Shown: positions 48,531 through 59,101, counted from the stretch's first letter. The stretch: DNA of 64,000 nt from Candidatus Peregrinibacteria bacterium (GCA_963708185.1 OY970195.1:704001-768000), one strand, 5' to 3'. A program made the numbers and translations. The notes: generated from the sequence alone by a model not told the origin.

Positions 48531-51500
48531 TCAGAGCTTCTGGATGGCTACCCCCTGGTAGTAGTATTTAATGATGTCCTGATAGGTCTTCCCGGCGTTG
48601 GCCATACCAAGTGAACCGCAACCGCTTAACCCAACTCCGTGGCCAGACAGGACCATCCCCGTGCAGTACGGATCGGGAACGCTGATGAGGTACGGGGTGT
48701 CTTTCCATCCCCATACTTCCTCTGCGCTGCGGGTTCTTCCGTCATCCGAGCTGAAGTACGGCGTCTTGATGAGTTTTCCAAGGTACGTCACGACTTCACC
48801 CGTGGTATCGGCGATGGCCTTGAGCGTATTGGGTGAGTACTGTTCCGCGGCAAACCCAACGTACTTTTGAGATGTTTCCGGATCATCGGTCAGGTTGTAC
48901 GGTGCGCCCGGGAACTTTGCGGCCTGCTGAACGTAAAAAAGAGCATAGGTCCTGGACACGACGATAATGGCTTTCAGTTTTTCGAAAGGCTGCGAATCCT
49001 TGGTCTCGCCGGTTCCCTTGAGATAGTCCTCGATCGGCAGTTCATTGATGGTGACGAGTTTATTGTTATACCAGTGAGGTTCCAAAACGCCCCTGAATTT
49101 ATTGTAGACGATGGCGGCGTTTCCAGCTGACGGACGGTTCCAGTTCTGGATCTGGAGGATCGTGCCTTCATCCGGCGTGATACGCGGAGCGATCGTCGAG
49201 GTAAGTGTCTGGGTCTGAGTTTTGATGACGTACTGGTTATTTTCGAAACTCACCGTCGCCGTCTGGTTTGCGGTTAAACGAGCCAAAACTTTGCCGGCTG
49301 CTTCAATGTGAAAAGCTCCGTTTCCGGTGATGACCGGATTGTCGTTGAAACCCAAGGCAATCCTGATCTTCGCGGCGACGGTCGCGGGCTGCGTTGATGG
49401 TTGAGTGGAAGGCTGTGCGGGAACTGCAATCGCGTTTTTGGTAACGTTCATGTAGTAGTTCCTTGCCTGTGGAAGGATATAATTTGAACCGATTTTCGGC
49501 TTGATCTGGACAAGATAGAATCCAAGCGACGCGGGCACGTTAAGGGTGAAACTTATGTGGGCCGTTTCGCCGGGGGCCACATGATCCTGCTGCATGGCGA
49601 GGTTTTCGATTTTCACGTTTTGGGTGTTTTTGATATCGAAGTTGAGGTTATTGTCCCCCGTCTTGTTCCAGACAACGCCACCCGTGTTCATGACATCGAA
49701 CCAGACCGTTTTCTTTTCTCCCGGCGCAAAGGATTTTTCGGTACTTGTTCCGACGACTTTGCCTTCAAACTCTTTCTTGTAGACGTAGATGTCGAGATGG
49801 TTGTTCTTGTTTTCCATCCATGTGATGGCTTCTATGACCGGGCTGTAAAATTCGCGGTACGGACCGGTCTGGGTCGGGCCTTTGGTCGTGAAGGTCACGT
49901 GACCCGTTTCGCCCGGTTTCACTTCGTTTTCCTTCAGCAAACCGAGTCGGTTCGAAGGATTCAGCAAAAGTTTGTTGGTGTGGTCGCGGGGCTGGTCGGC
50001 ACCGAGTGAGAAATGGTTTTTTCCGGTGCGTTCCCATGTGGTGTTTCCAGTATTTTTGAAAGCGATCGTGACCTGGGCCTGTTCCCCGACTTTCAGGTAA
50101 GATTTCGTAAGCGTCACTCCCGTAACCTGGTAATCAAATATTGCCGGTTTGATCAGCACAGGCATGCTCAAATATTTTTCAACTTTGATGATCCCGTTGA
50201 CCATCGGGAACACTTCCAGGGCGGTAAATCCTCCCTTGTAGCCGGCCTGCACGCTGATCTTGAAGACTGCGCTTTGCCCCGGGGGTATGTCCCTGCCCGT
50301 GGCGCTGGATTTTACCAACCCACCGGTCACGAAAAAGTTGTTGGCATTGGCGTCACGGTTCATGATGATGTACGTGTTTTTATTCCAGGTGCTCGGACCC
50401 GTGTTTTTCAACGTTATGACGAGATCCTTTTGTTCCCCGGGATTAAATTCGAAGAGCGGAATGTCTTGTCCGATCTGAAAATCGTTTTGCTGATTTACCG
50501 CAAGATTCTGGCCTCGGTTGATGATCAACGGTTTGAAGCCGGTCTTCGCGGCGAGCCGGATGGCCGGAAGCTGGGCGTAAAGTTTATCTCCCGGGCAGCT
50601 TGTGGACATGATGTCGCGGTGTCCCATGATATTGGGAAGGTTCTGCCCGCGGAACATCGAATTTCCGGTCGGGTCGATGTTGTACTGCTGGGTCTTTGCA
50701 CGAATAAGTGCCACGAGGGAATGGATGACCGGTTCTGGAACATCATTGTCCTGGTAGTTTCCGAGCACCGCTATCCCGATTGAACCGATATTGCCCGGTC
50801 CGGCGTGCGCGCCGACGACACCGTCGCCCCCGGCGCGGCCTTCATAAATATTTCCCTGCTGGTCGATGATGTAGTTGTACCCGATGTCTCCCCAGCCTCG
50901 GGTAATGGTATGGAAATAGTAAATATCCCTGATCGCTTTCATGGGATCCTGGAGGTCCTGTGTGCTTGCGGTGTGATGGATGATGATTTTCGTGACTTTC
51001 GCGGGGTACTGTTCGGGCCAGGTCAGGGTGTTCCCTTGGGCGTCCGTCGCAACGGTTTTGACGATCTTCAGTTCGTCGGCATATTTCTTGAGATAATCGT
51101 CGGGTTCGCTGATGACCAATGAAGGCGCCGGATTCGAGGATTTATAGACACGGAGACTTTCATCCGCTCCCCATTCGGCCCTGGAAATGATGTGAATGCC
51201 GTTGAGGCTTGTATCAAGTGCCACTTTGTCTGAAGTCGTGGTCGAGGAAGTCGGAGGCATGGCCGCGAACATGATACTGTTTTTTTGCAGACTTGTGTCG
51301 CTGTTCGAAGTATTGATGTACGTAAACTTCAGGTTCTGGACCACGGGACTCAAACCTCCCTGTTCACCCTCAAGTAAAACTTTATACTGGAAGGTTTGTG
51401 TCGGATTGACGGGGATGAACGATGTAGGATGCATCGGATCTGCTTCCTCTTTCCCATCAATGCTCGGCTCCAAAAGGTACCAGTCCGACCATTTCCCGTT

Positions 51501-51746
51501 TTCCTGAAAACGCACCGACACTTCGGCCGTGCTGTTTTGAGGAAGCTGCTGATCCCAGCTCACTCCGAGTCCGGTGAACGTCATCGGCGCCGTTTTTTCA
51601 GGAGAAAGGAAGGTCGATGTTTTGAGAGTCGAAGGGTCCGGAAGGGTCTGGGCCGCAACCAGCACGGGGCTGATGAGGATTCCAATGGATAAAAGCAAAG
51701 ATATCAGAAGTTTTTTTACTGGAACGTTTGCGGAAAATTTCTTCAT
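48531..51746 (-). CDS. Secreted multidomain peptidoglycan hydrolase: amidase_2, three Ig-like repeats, SpoIID/LytB
   Basis: Signal peptide. IIIHHT, GWGDIGYNY, GAHA and GHRD...CPG. Three K/M-NTG..W...PG repeats. EDYLKG...RTYA...GHGVGLS...ILxxYY-like end. Confidence 0.88.
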   Translation of the reverse strand: MKKFSANVPVKKLLISLLLSIGILISPVLVAAQTLPDPSTLKTSTFLSPEKTAPMTFTGLGVSWDQQLPQNSTAEVSVRFQENGKWSDWYLLEPSIDGKEEADPMHPTSFIPVNPTQTFQYKVLLEGEQGGLSPVVQNLKFTYINTSNSDTSLQKNSIMFAAMPPTSSTTTSDKVALDTSLNGIHIISRAEWGADESLRVYKSSNPAPSLVISEPDDYLKKYADELKIVKTVATDAQGNTLTWPEQYPAKVTKIIIHHTASTQDLQDPMKAIRDIYYFHTITRGWGDIGYNYIIDQQGNIYEGRAGGDGVVGAHAGPGNIGSIGIAVLGNYQDNDVPEPVIHSLVALIRAKTQQYNIDPTGNSMFRGQNLPNIMGHRDIMSTSCPGDKLYAQLPAIRLAAKTGFKPLIINRGQNLAVNQQNDFQIGQDIPLFEFNPGEQKDLVITLKNTGPSTWNKNTYIIMNRDANANNFFVTGGLVKSSATGRDIPPGQSAVFKISVQAGYKGGFTALEVFPMVNGIIKVEKYLSMPVLIKPAIFDYQVTGVTLTKSYLKVGEQAQVTIAFKNTGNTTWERTGKNHFSLGADQPRDHTNKLLLNPSNRLGLLKENEVKPGETGHVTFTTKGPTQTGPYREFYSPVIEAITWMENKNNHLDIYVYKKEFEGKVVGTSTEKSFAPGEKKTVWFDVMNTGGVVWNKTGDNNLNFDIKNTQNVKIENLAMQQDHVAPGETAHISFTLNVPASLGFYLVQIKPKIGSNYILPQARNYYMNVTKNAIAVPAQPSTQPSTQPATVAAKIRIALGFNDNPVITGNGAFHIEAAGKVLARLTANQTATVSFENNQYVIKTQTQTLTSTIAPRITPDEGTILQIQNWNRPSAGNAAIVYNKFRGVLEPHWYNNKLVTINELPIEDYLKGTGETKDSQPFEKLKAIIVVSRTYALFYVQQAAKFPGAPYNLTDDPETSQKYVGFAAEQYSPNTLKAIADTTGEVVTYLGKLIKTPYFSSDDGRTRSAEEVWGWKDTPYLISVPDPYCTGMVLSGHGVGLSGCGSLGMANAGKTYQDIIKYYYQGVAIQKL

Positions 51747-52053
51747 AAATGCTTGATTGATTATCGAACAATAAACGTTTCTTTTTTTATAACTGATATA
51801 TCTGCAAATTATATCACTTTTCGACGTGACATTCAATGGTTTTATGGCTTAAAAAAGCCATGATTGTTTACTTAACCTTTTCTTGTTGTATAATCAACAT
51901 CACGTCTGGCTTTTACCGTTTGCATTTTGAGATAAAAAGAGTAATATTGAGCCGTTTTCGGAGGCTTTCCTCCTTACTCTCTTTCACTTGCGTTCCATTT
52001 TCACTCTTTTCACTCTCCACCGACGGGGGGTTTCATGTAGTTAGTCACTCACA

Positions 52054-53370
52054 ATGGCCTTAACGTATAACCTGAAGTACCGGAAGCTGAACTTTTTTCA
52101 AAAAGTTCTCTTGGAAAAAGAAGGTGAGATCGTCATCGACCGACAGTCTTTTCGGCTGAAAGGAAAAGGAGCTCACGACCAGGGGGAGGTCATTTACTTC
52201 AACGACATGAAAGAGATCGTCGTTGAGGGAGACGACCAGTTGAGATTTTCAACCTTCAAAAAGGAAAAATATGTTCTGTCGGAATTCTCGAACCTTTTTG
52301 AGTCTTTTCTCAAAGATTTTTGGCGCGTGCGCAACGAATTTCTCGCCGAGCAATTATTCATGAAAGTCGGCATGCTCTATAAAGAGTATGAGGGACACGT
52401 CGAGATCGTCACCAGGCAGGACAGGGTCATCCAGAAAGGAAAATCACGCATACAGTTTTACGAAGGAAGCGTCATCGTGATTCCCGAAATGAGCGAATGT
52501 TTCGCCATCCACTATAACTTTTTAAAAAGCCATGAGTTCGACGAGGACGAATACGTGCTGAAATTTTACATGGAAAACGGGACCAACATCCATATCTCGA
52601 AACTCGGGAGCTATTTTGGAGACGCACAGGAAAGTCTGGAGCTGCTTCTTGGCAAAATGTACCAGAAGATCATCAACCAGCTGCAGGAGATTTTCCCGGG
52701 TTTTCAAGCGGCGGATCTATTAAAGCTTGCCTACCTCGTGAGAGACAACAAAGGCGTATCGATGAGCGCTCTGAAAAAAATCCACGAGGACCTTCCGTTA
52801 AAAGTGAGTGAGATCGTTTTCTCCCAGAACCCCGTGATGAAAGCAAAAATCGATCTGCTCCGAGACATTGAATACCAGGACCAGCACTTTTTCATTGGAT
52901 TTTCTTTTCTCCAGAAAGCAGACAAAAAAGACATGCAGGTCAGATCGTGGTTCTGCCACGCCCTGCCCCAAAAAAATGTCATAGCGCTCGGCATCATTTC
53001 CCAACCGAACGATGCGACAGTCCATTTTTTCCGTATCGCCATCAATCCCGCCGAAAAAGAAGAGCGGTTGCCAGAAAGAATTTATGACATCAATTATTCC
53101 ATGTACATTCTACGGAATGATCTTGCACCTTTATATAAAGACAAACGGGAACTTCAAAAAGGAAAGTTCAAAACCGTCGTACGCAGACTTTCGGCTCTGC
53201 GTTCGTTGAGAAAAAATTATCTATGGAGGAACTTCGGTCCCGACGTTCAGTTTTTGCAAAGGGACTTGGAAACCGTCTTCAAGCGTGCGGCCCTGACGAT
53301 GCATTCGGGCCACCCTTCACAGAAATCCAAGGAAGAAATTCAGTCTGCCGCAGTCCCATCGGCGTCCTGA
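52054..53370 (+). CDS. Hypothetical protein (possible tandem PH-like domains)
   Basis: 438-aa ORF with two beta-rich segments each ending in a helix. Confidence 0.75.
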   Translation: MALTYNLKYRKLNFFQKVLLEKEGEIVIDRQSFRLKGKGAHDQGEVIYFNDMKEIVVEGDDQLRFSTFKKEKYVLSEFSNLFESFLKDFWRVRNEFLAEQLFMKVGMLYKEYEGHVEIVTRQDRVIQKGKSRIQFYEGSVIVIPEMSECFAIHYNFLKSHEFDEDEYVLKFYMENGTNIHISKLGSYFGDAQESLELLLGKMYQKIINQLQEIFPGFQAADLLKLAYLVRDNKGVSMSALKKIHEDLPLKVSEIVFSQNPVMKAKIDLLRDIEYQDQHFFIGFSFLQKADKKDMQVRSWFCHALPQKNVIALGIISQPNDATVHFFRIAINPAEKEERLPERIYDINYSMYILRNDLAPLYKDKRELQKGKFKTVVRRLSALRSLRKNYLWRNFGPDVQFLQRDLETVFKRAALTMHSGHPSQKSKEEIQSAAVPSAS

Positions 53371-53474
53371 CCCCGGGCATCCGTTTTATCCAATGAAGAA
53401 GCCGACTTTTAAAGTTTTGCTTTTTTTATTTTTTTGCGTTTATAATAACAGTGTATCAACTAATTTTTCTCCAT

Positions 53475-53792
53475 ATGAGCGAAGTCGTATTTACCGACAA
53501 GAATTTTCAGGATGAGGTACTGAAAGCACAGGGACTTGTCATGGTTGATTTTTTTGCGACCTGGTGCGGCCCTTGTAAAATGATGGCCCCGGTTGTCGAA
53601 AAACTTTCCGAGGCTTACAAAGACAAAGTAAAAATCGGTAAACTTGACGTCGATGAAAATCCGGACACTTCCGGCAAGTATGAAATCCAAAGCATTCCAA
53701 CCACCATCTTTTTCAAGGACGGAGAGATGGTCGACAAATTGATCGGGTTCCAGAGTGAAGAGGCTTTGAAGAAAAAACTGGAAAGTCTCTAA
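53475..53792 (+). CDS. trxA: Thioredoxin
   Basis: WCGPC and SIPT. Confidence 0.95.
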   Translation: MSEVVFTDKNFQDEVLKAQGLVMVDFFATWCGPCKMMAPVVEKLSEAYKDKVKIGKLDVDENPDTSGKYEIQSIPTTIFFKDGEMVDKLIGFQSEEALKKKLESL

Positions 53793-54274
53793 AAGAGTTC
53801 CTGCTGATTATTTGGGGTCCTGCGTTCATGGGATGCGGGGCCTTTTTTGTGTGAGTTTTTTTGAGCGACGGTAGCTTCTTTTTGCGCGACCTTGTCGCAC
53901 TCGTTATTCCATTTGTTTTTATCGTGTCCTTTCACCCACACATAATCCACGTCGAGTTCCTCGTTCAATTCATCAAGCTCTTCCCACAAATCAAGATTGG
54001 CTTTTCTTTTCCACCCTTGCGTCAACGTTTGCACGACCAGACTCGAATCTGAATAGAGCGTTATTTCAGATTCATGAAACAACTTGTGATCAAGATAACG
54101 GAGCGCTTCGATCACCGCGGTCATTTCCATTCTGTTGTTGGTGGTATCGAGATCGTGTCCTTTCAAAATTTCAAAAGGTTCATCGGAATTTTTTTTCAAA
54201 AAAATTGCGGCCCAACCTCCTGGTCCCGGATTTCCCTTACAGCTGCCATCCGTGTAGATTTCAATTTGTTTCAT
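53789..54274 (-). CDS. rnhA: Ribonuclease HI
   Basis: YTDGSCKGNPGPGG, TTNNRME, SDS, WVKGH and NECD. Confidence 0.95.
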   Translation of the reverse strand: MKQIEIYTDGSCKGNPGPGGWAAIFLKKNSDEPFEILKGHDLDTTNNRMEMTAVIEALRYLDHKLFHESEITLYSDSSLVVQTLTQGWKRKANLDLWEELDELNEELDVDYVWVKGHDKNKWNNECDKVAQKEATVAQKNSHKKGPASHERRTPNNQQELF

Positions 54275-54422
54275 GTCATGATGTTAACACGACGGAAAAA
54301 AAATTTCACCGGATAAATCGTGCATGAAACAGACAATAAACTTTACATTAAATACTTTTTTTGTTAGCATTCGATCATAAATAGGTTCACGGTGAACCTC
54401 ATACATCTTAACTTTTTCTTCC

Positions 54423-54530
54423 ATGATGAAGAAGAAAAAAGCTGCTAAAAAGGTCAAAAAGGTAGCAAAAAAGACCAAAAAGGCAGCACCAAAGAAAAAG
54501 AAAAAAGCTGCAAAGAAGAAAAAAAGATAG
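54423..54530 (+). CDS. 35-aa Lys/Ala-rich histone H1-like peptide
   Basis: Below the ORF-track size cutoff: MMKKKKAAKKVKKVAKKTKKAAPKKKKKAAKKKKR*. It has its own terminator. Confidence 0.7.
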   Translation: MMKKKKAAKKVKKVAKKTKKAAPKKKKKAAKKKKR

Positions 54531-54555
54531 TTCTTTTTTCTTTTTTCAACTTTGG

Positions 54556-54585
54556 AAAGACTCCGCACTGCGGGGTCTTTTTTTT
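54556..54585 (+). terminator. Intrinsic terminator
   Basis: AAAGACTCCGC-ACT-GCGGGGTCTTT followed by T tract. Confidence 0.8.
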
Positions 54586-54662
54586 ATTCCGGATTCATGA
54601 ACGATTTCATTGAACTCGCGATACGATTTTGCTAATGTTGGTGCGATCATTCTTGACCCGCC

Positions 54663-57218
54663 ATGGCTAAAAAAACTTCGAAGAAAAAAAAGCAGAAGAA
54701 AAAGCAGAAAAACCGGGAAAAGCAGCAACAAAAACAACAGTCAACGGCGGACGTCCAAAGAAAGAACAGTGGCGCCCCGGCTCAAAGTGATGCAAAAATT
54801 CAGGAAAAGAAATCTCCGAAAAATCTCGAGTTCAAAGGAAAGATCAAACTCGAAAAAAGTTCTCACACCTATTTTTCGGCGTTGCAAAGAAGATACGGGA
54901 AGCACATAAAAAAGGTCGAAGGTCCCGTAAAGAAAATTTTCAAGGTCGTGGCGATCCTGGTGATTCTGGCGGTGATTTTCGTCGTTTCACTTTTCCTGAC
55001 CTTTGGCCGTGATCTTCCTGACGTTTCGAAACTCAAGGATATGAACTTTGCCGAAACGACCCATATTTACGACCGCAACGGGCATGAACTCTACCGCATC
55101 TTCGGTGATGAAAACCGTGAGTACGTCAAACTTTCGGACATCAGTCCATACGCCATCCACGGAACAATCGCCATCGAAGATAAAAATTTTTACAGCCACT
55201 TTGGTTTTGACCCCGTGGGCATCATCAGGGCACAGCTGAAAAACATCCAGCAGGACAGCATCTCCCAGGGTGCCTCAACCATTACCCAACAGCTCGCCAG
55301 AAACGTTTTCCTTTCACCGGAAAGGACCTACGACCGTAAAATCAAAGAGATCCTGCTGTCGCTCGAAATCGAATGGAATTTCGACAAAGATCAAATCCTT
55401 GAAATGTATTTCAACAAGATTCCTTACGGTTCGAACGCTTTCGGCATCGAAGCCGCGGCCGAAACATTTTTCGGCGTTCACGCCAAAGATCTCAGTCTTG
55501 TCCAGGCGAGCGTCCTCGCCTCTCTCCCCAAGGCTCCTTCCTATTACTCCCCGTACGGTCCGAACGTTAAGGAGCTCACGGGCTACTGCAACGCGGATGC
55601 AGTGGATTCGACCCCTGATGAGATTTTCGGCACGATGGAGACTACTCAAGAAACGTATCAGGACAGCGCCCCCGCTCCAGCAAACTCCGACGCGGGAGGA
55701 CAGACCCAGCAAGCCGTCCATGCATCGTCAGCAACATGTTCGTCTCCCGATGATCCGAACTATGTATGGGGGCGAAAAGATTACGTTCTCCAGCGCATGG
55801 TCGAAGATGGATATATTACCAAAGATCAGCAACTTCAGGCCTGGAAAGAAGGCTCGACTCTGAAGTTCAGCGACCTGAAGCATACGATTGAAGATCCCCA
55901 CTTCGTTTTCTACGTCAAAGATTATCTCACCCAGAAATACGGCAAGGAGGTTGTTGAAAACGGAGGACTGCAGGTCATCACGACGCTTGATCCGAACATA
56001 CAAAAAATTGCCGGGGACGCCATAGCGAACCATACCGATTTGATGAGACGTTATGGTGCGGATAACGCCGGCATGGTGGCGCTCGATCCAAAAAACGGAC
56101 AGATTCTTGCGATGGTGGGCTCGAAGGACTACTGGGACGAGAGCATCGACGGACAGGTCAATGTGACGATCAGTCCTCGCCAGCCCGGATCTTCTTTCAA
56201 ACCCCTCGTATACGCCGCGGCGATCCAGAACGCCGGCATCGGTTCGGGAACCTACCTCGGCGATTACAAGACCATCTTCAACCAGCATGACACGCCCAGC
56301 GATTACGACGGGAAATTTCTGGGACACATCACGGTACGCCAGGCTCTGGGCGGCTCGAGAAACATCCCGGCCATCAAGGCATTTTACGTAGCCGGCGGTG
56401 AAGACAAAGTTCTGGATTTCGTGGAAAAACTCGGCATCACCAATCTGCGGCAGTTCCGCGACGAGTTCAACAAGAATGCTGACGAACGAGGATGGACGTT
56501 CTACTTCGGGTGGCCGATGGCGATCGGGAGCGGCGAGGTCCGGCTTCTTGATCTCACCAACGCCTACGCCACTTTTGCCAACCAGGGCAAATATAACCCC
56601 CCGAATCCGATCCTTGAAGTCCGCGACCGTAACGGCGTACTGCTCGAGTCTTTCCGGGACGCTGATGGCGGCAAGCAGGTCATTGACCCTGAAATCGCGT
56701 TTATCATCAACGACATGCTCAGCGACGTCTATGCGCGTCCCGCGGGTTCCTGGAGATGGTTGCTGACGATTCCCGGACAAAACCTCGCGGCAAAAACCGG
56801 CACCTCAAACAAAGTCGTGCGTGGTCGCGAGCTTCCCAACAACAACGTCACGGTCGGGTACACCCCGAGCATCGCGGCCGGTTTCTGGGTCGGAAACACC
56901 GACGGCAAGAGCCTTATCAACAGCGCGTACAGTCTGTATACCACCGATCCGATTTTCCACGAGTTCTTCGAGAATGTTCTCAAAGACAAACCGAAAGAAG
57001 ATTTCCCCAAACCGGACACTATCAAACAGATCGGGCATGAATACTTTCCGAGCTGGGGCGGACCTAAAGATTTTGAAAAAATGTTCAAGCGCGTCACCCA
57101 GCAACAGGCCCAGCCGATTCCGCTTCCCGACTTCCTGAGTAAGAGTCCGGCGGACGTCAAAGCCTACCAACAGACGCTCGACAAGGTCAATCAGCAGCAA
57201 CAGTTGGGCGGGTTCTAA
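54663..57218 (+). CDS. Class A penicillin-binding protein (PBP1A family)
   Basis: EDKNFYSHFG, GASTITQQLARN, RKIKE, SSFK, SRN and KTGT motifs. Confidence 0.93.
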   Translation: MAKKTSKKKKQKKKQKNREKQQQKQQSTADVQRKNSGAPAQSDAKIQEKKSPKNLEFKGKIKLEKSSHTYFSALQRRYGKHIKKVEGPVKKIFKVVAILVILAVIFVVSLFLTFGRDLPDVSKLKDMNFAETTHIYDRNGHELYRIFGDENREYVKLSDISPYAIHGTIAIEDKNFYSHFGFDPVGIIRAQLKNIQQDSISQGASTITQQLARNVFLSPERTYDRKIKEILLSLEIEWNFDKDQILEMYFNKIPYGSNAFGIEAAAETFFGVHAKDLSLVQASVLASLPKAPSYYSPYGPNVKELTGYCNADAVDSTPDEIFGTMETTQETYQDSAPAPANSDAGGQTQQAVHASSATCSSPDDPNYVWGRKDYVLQRMVEDGYITKDQQLQAWKEGSTLKFSDLKHTIEDPHFVFYVKDYLTQKYGKEVVENGGLQVITTLDPNIQKIAGDAIANHTDLMRRYGADNAGMVALDPKNGQILAMVGSKDYWDESIDGQVNVTISPRQPGSSFKPLVYAAAIQNAGIGSGTYLGDYKTIFNQHDTPSDYDGKFLGHITVRQALGGSRNIPAIKAFYVAGGEDKVLDFVEKLGITNLRQFRDEFNKNADERGWTFYFGWPMAIGSGEVRLLDLTNAYATFANQGKYNPPNPILEVRDRNGVLLESFRDADGGKQVIDPEIAFIINDMLSDVYARPAGSWRWLLTIPGQNLAAKTGTSNKVVRGRELPNNNVTVGYTPSIAAGFWVGNTDGKSLINSAYSLYTTDPIFHEFFENVLKDKPKEDFPKPDTIKQIGHEYFPSWGGPKDFEKMFKRVTQQQAQPIPLPDFLSKSPADVKAYQQTLDKVNQQQQLGGF

Positions 57219-57547
57219 AGTTCTATCCCAAGCTCCTCGATGACTTCAAAATAGGCGTCTTCGTAACATCCGGGATTGAAACCTTTCGCCTTGGAAAGCT
57301 TCTGACGGAAGGTGTTCAACCCAAGCCTTCCTTTGGAGCACAGTTCGCAAATAATCTGAACCTTGTATTCGAATCGCAGTCTTGAAGGATCGTCGAAGGG
57401 ATGCCCGTTTTCAATTCCGGCTCTTTGGGCGTGGAGTTCGGTGATTTTCCGATGGATCTCGCTGTAGGATTCCTTGCGGGAGTTGATAAAAAGCGTCGGA
57501 TCATCCCCGGGGATGATACCGAAATTCCGGTCTTTCTTTTCAGGCAT
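57215..57547 (-). CDS. Hypothetical protein
   Basis: 110-aa ORF downstream of tRNA-Gly(CCC). Confidence 0.5.
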   Translation of the reverse strand: MPEKKDRNFGIIPGDDPTLFINSRKESYSEIHRKITELHAQRAGIENGHPFDDPSRLRFEYKVQIICELCSKGRLGLNTFRQKLSKAKGFNPGCYEDAYFEVIEELGIEL

Positions 57548-57620
57548 AATCTTTGTAAAAGCTGCATGAAATTTAAACAAAAATCCTATATATGTCAAAT
57601 TTCTGTGGCGCACTGCGAAA

Positions 57621-57694
57621 TGGAGCGGTATACGGGAATCGAACCCGTGTTTCAGCCTTGGGAAGGCCGCGTTCTACCATTGAACCAATACCGC
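57621..57694 (-). tRNA. tRNA-Gly(CCC)
   Basis: Minus strand GCGGTAT...ATACCGC-TCCA, anticodon loop TTCCCAA. Confidence 0.96.
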
Positions 57695-57731
57695 GTGGAC
57701 ATGGACCCGACTGGAAAGCGGGATAATTGTA

Positions 57732-58628
57732 TCACAACGCCCTGATAAGAAAACAGTAATGGGCGTTTTGTCGCGTAAAATCGGGAGGGATGGTCTGTCG
57801 CTGGATGTTGCGGACCGTACACGGCGACAATTTTTCTTTGCTCAGTCTGAAATCCTGTTTGTTGTTCGAAAAAAGAATGAAACCCTCCGGAGCAAGGACT
57901 TCCAGGGCATCGTTGATGAGCGCGGGGTGGTCCTTCTGCACCGAAAAACTTTGTCCCTTATTGCGTGAAAACGAGGGAGGGTCGATGATGATGATATCGA
58001 AAGCGAGTTCCTTTTTTTTGGCGTATCTGAAAAATTCCCGGGTGTCCATTTTATACACCCAGTTTTTTTGGGGAGACAGACCGTTGAGTTCAAGATTTTT
58101 CCTGATCCACTCGCAATAGGTTTTTGAAAGATCTACGCTGAAGGTCTTTTTCGCCCCGCCAGCAGCCGCATAGACGCTGAACGATCCGGTGTAGGCGAAG
58201 GTGTTCAAGACCGTTTTGTTTTTCGACTGATCGCCGATCCATTTGCGCGTTTCGCGATGATCGAGAAAAAGACCGGTATCAAGATAGTCGGACAGATTGC
58301 ACCAGAATTTGTGCCCGTACTCCCTGATGACCAACTGTTTGGACGGAGCTTCGGGAAGGTCGAGTTCGTTTTTGGTACGGTTTTTGTAGAAAAAATTTTT
58401 TACGGAGAGCTTTTGTCTTAAAACTGTTTCGATTTCATGCAATTGTTTCAGGGCGAAAGCTCCAAAAAGATGGACGACGGCGCTGTCCTTGTAAATGTCT
58501 ACGGCAATTGGCAGATCAGATTCGTCGACATCCAAAAGGCGGTACGCTTCCAAACCGGCGTGTTCAAGATATTTGTATCTTTTGCGACGGCAACTTTCGA
58601 TCTGTTCAGCGATCTTTGCTTGAGTCAT
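57732..58628 (-). CDS. RlmI/RlmK-like class I SAM rRNA methyltransferase
   Basis: YLDTGLFLDHR, LNTFAYTGSFSV and DPPSFS. Confidence 0.88.
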   Translation of the reverse strand: MTQAKIAEQIESCRRKRYKYLEHAGLEAYRLLDVDESDLPIAVDIYKDSAVVHLFGAFALKQLHEIETVLRQKLSVKNFFYKNRTKNELDLPEAPSKQLVIREYGHKFWCNLSDYLDTGLFLDHRETRKWIGDQSKNKTVLNTFAYTGSFSVYAAAGGAKKTFSVDLSKTYCEWIRKNLELNGLSPQKNWVYKMDTREFFRYAKKKELAFDIIIIDPPSFSRNKGQSFSVQKDHPALINDALEVLAPEGFILFSNNKQDFRLSKEKLSPCTVRNIQRQTIPPDFTRQNAHYCFLIRAL

Positions 58629-58646
58629 GACTGTATGGATACACGC

Positions 58647-59006
58647 CTATTCTTCACCTTCGTAACGTTTTTCCATCGCCGAACTGTCCTTCCAGCTTCC
58701 GTCGATATCGCGGAACTTGATGGTGAGTTTGTAGGTGAATTCGTTCGGACTCCGGGCGTAGTGTTCCACCACCCTTCCGCTTTTTTCGCTCTCGGTTTTG
58801 GTCACTTTGTGCTCTTTGTCGAGGATCAGCATGAAATCCATGTTGTTTTTGGTAAATTCATGGGTTTCGCGAACACCGATCTCTTCCTCCTTGTTGGTTT
58901 TGTAGTCAAAGCGGAACAGCGGTTCCATGGTGACTTTATCGTCCTCGAGATCGTCGAGAAGGTTTGCTTTGATGTCGTCCCATTTGTCTTCGGAAAGAGT
59001 GATCAT
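58647..59006 (-). CDS. Hypothetical protein
   Basis: 119-aa ORF in an operon-like position. Confidence 0.65.
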   Translation of the reverse strand: MITLSEDKWDDIKANLLDDLEDDKVTMEPLFRFDYKTNKEEEIGVRETHEFTKNNMDFMLILDKEHKVTKTESEKSGRVVEHYARSPNEFTYKLTIKFRDIDGSWKDSSAMEKRYEGEE

Positions 59007-59101
59007 GGCAGGTTGGTTAATCTTGTCTGAACTGTAACGAATCTTTGCTTTTTCTACAAATATTTTTGTGTTAAAGTCATGGCGCTTCCTAGCTTCAACC
59101 T

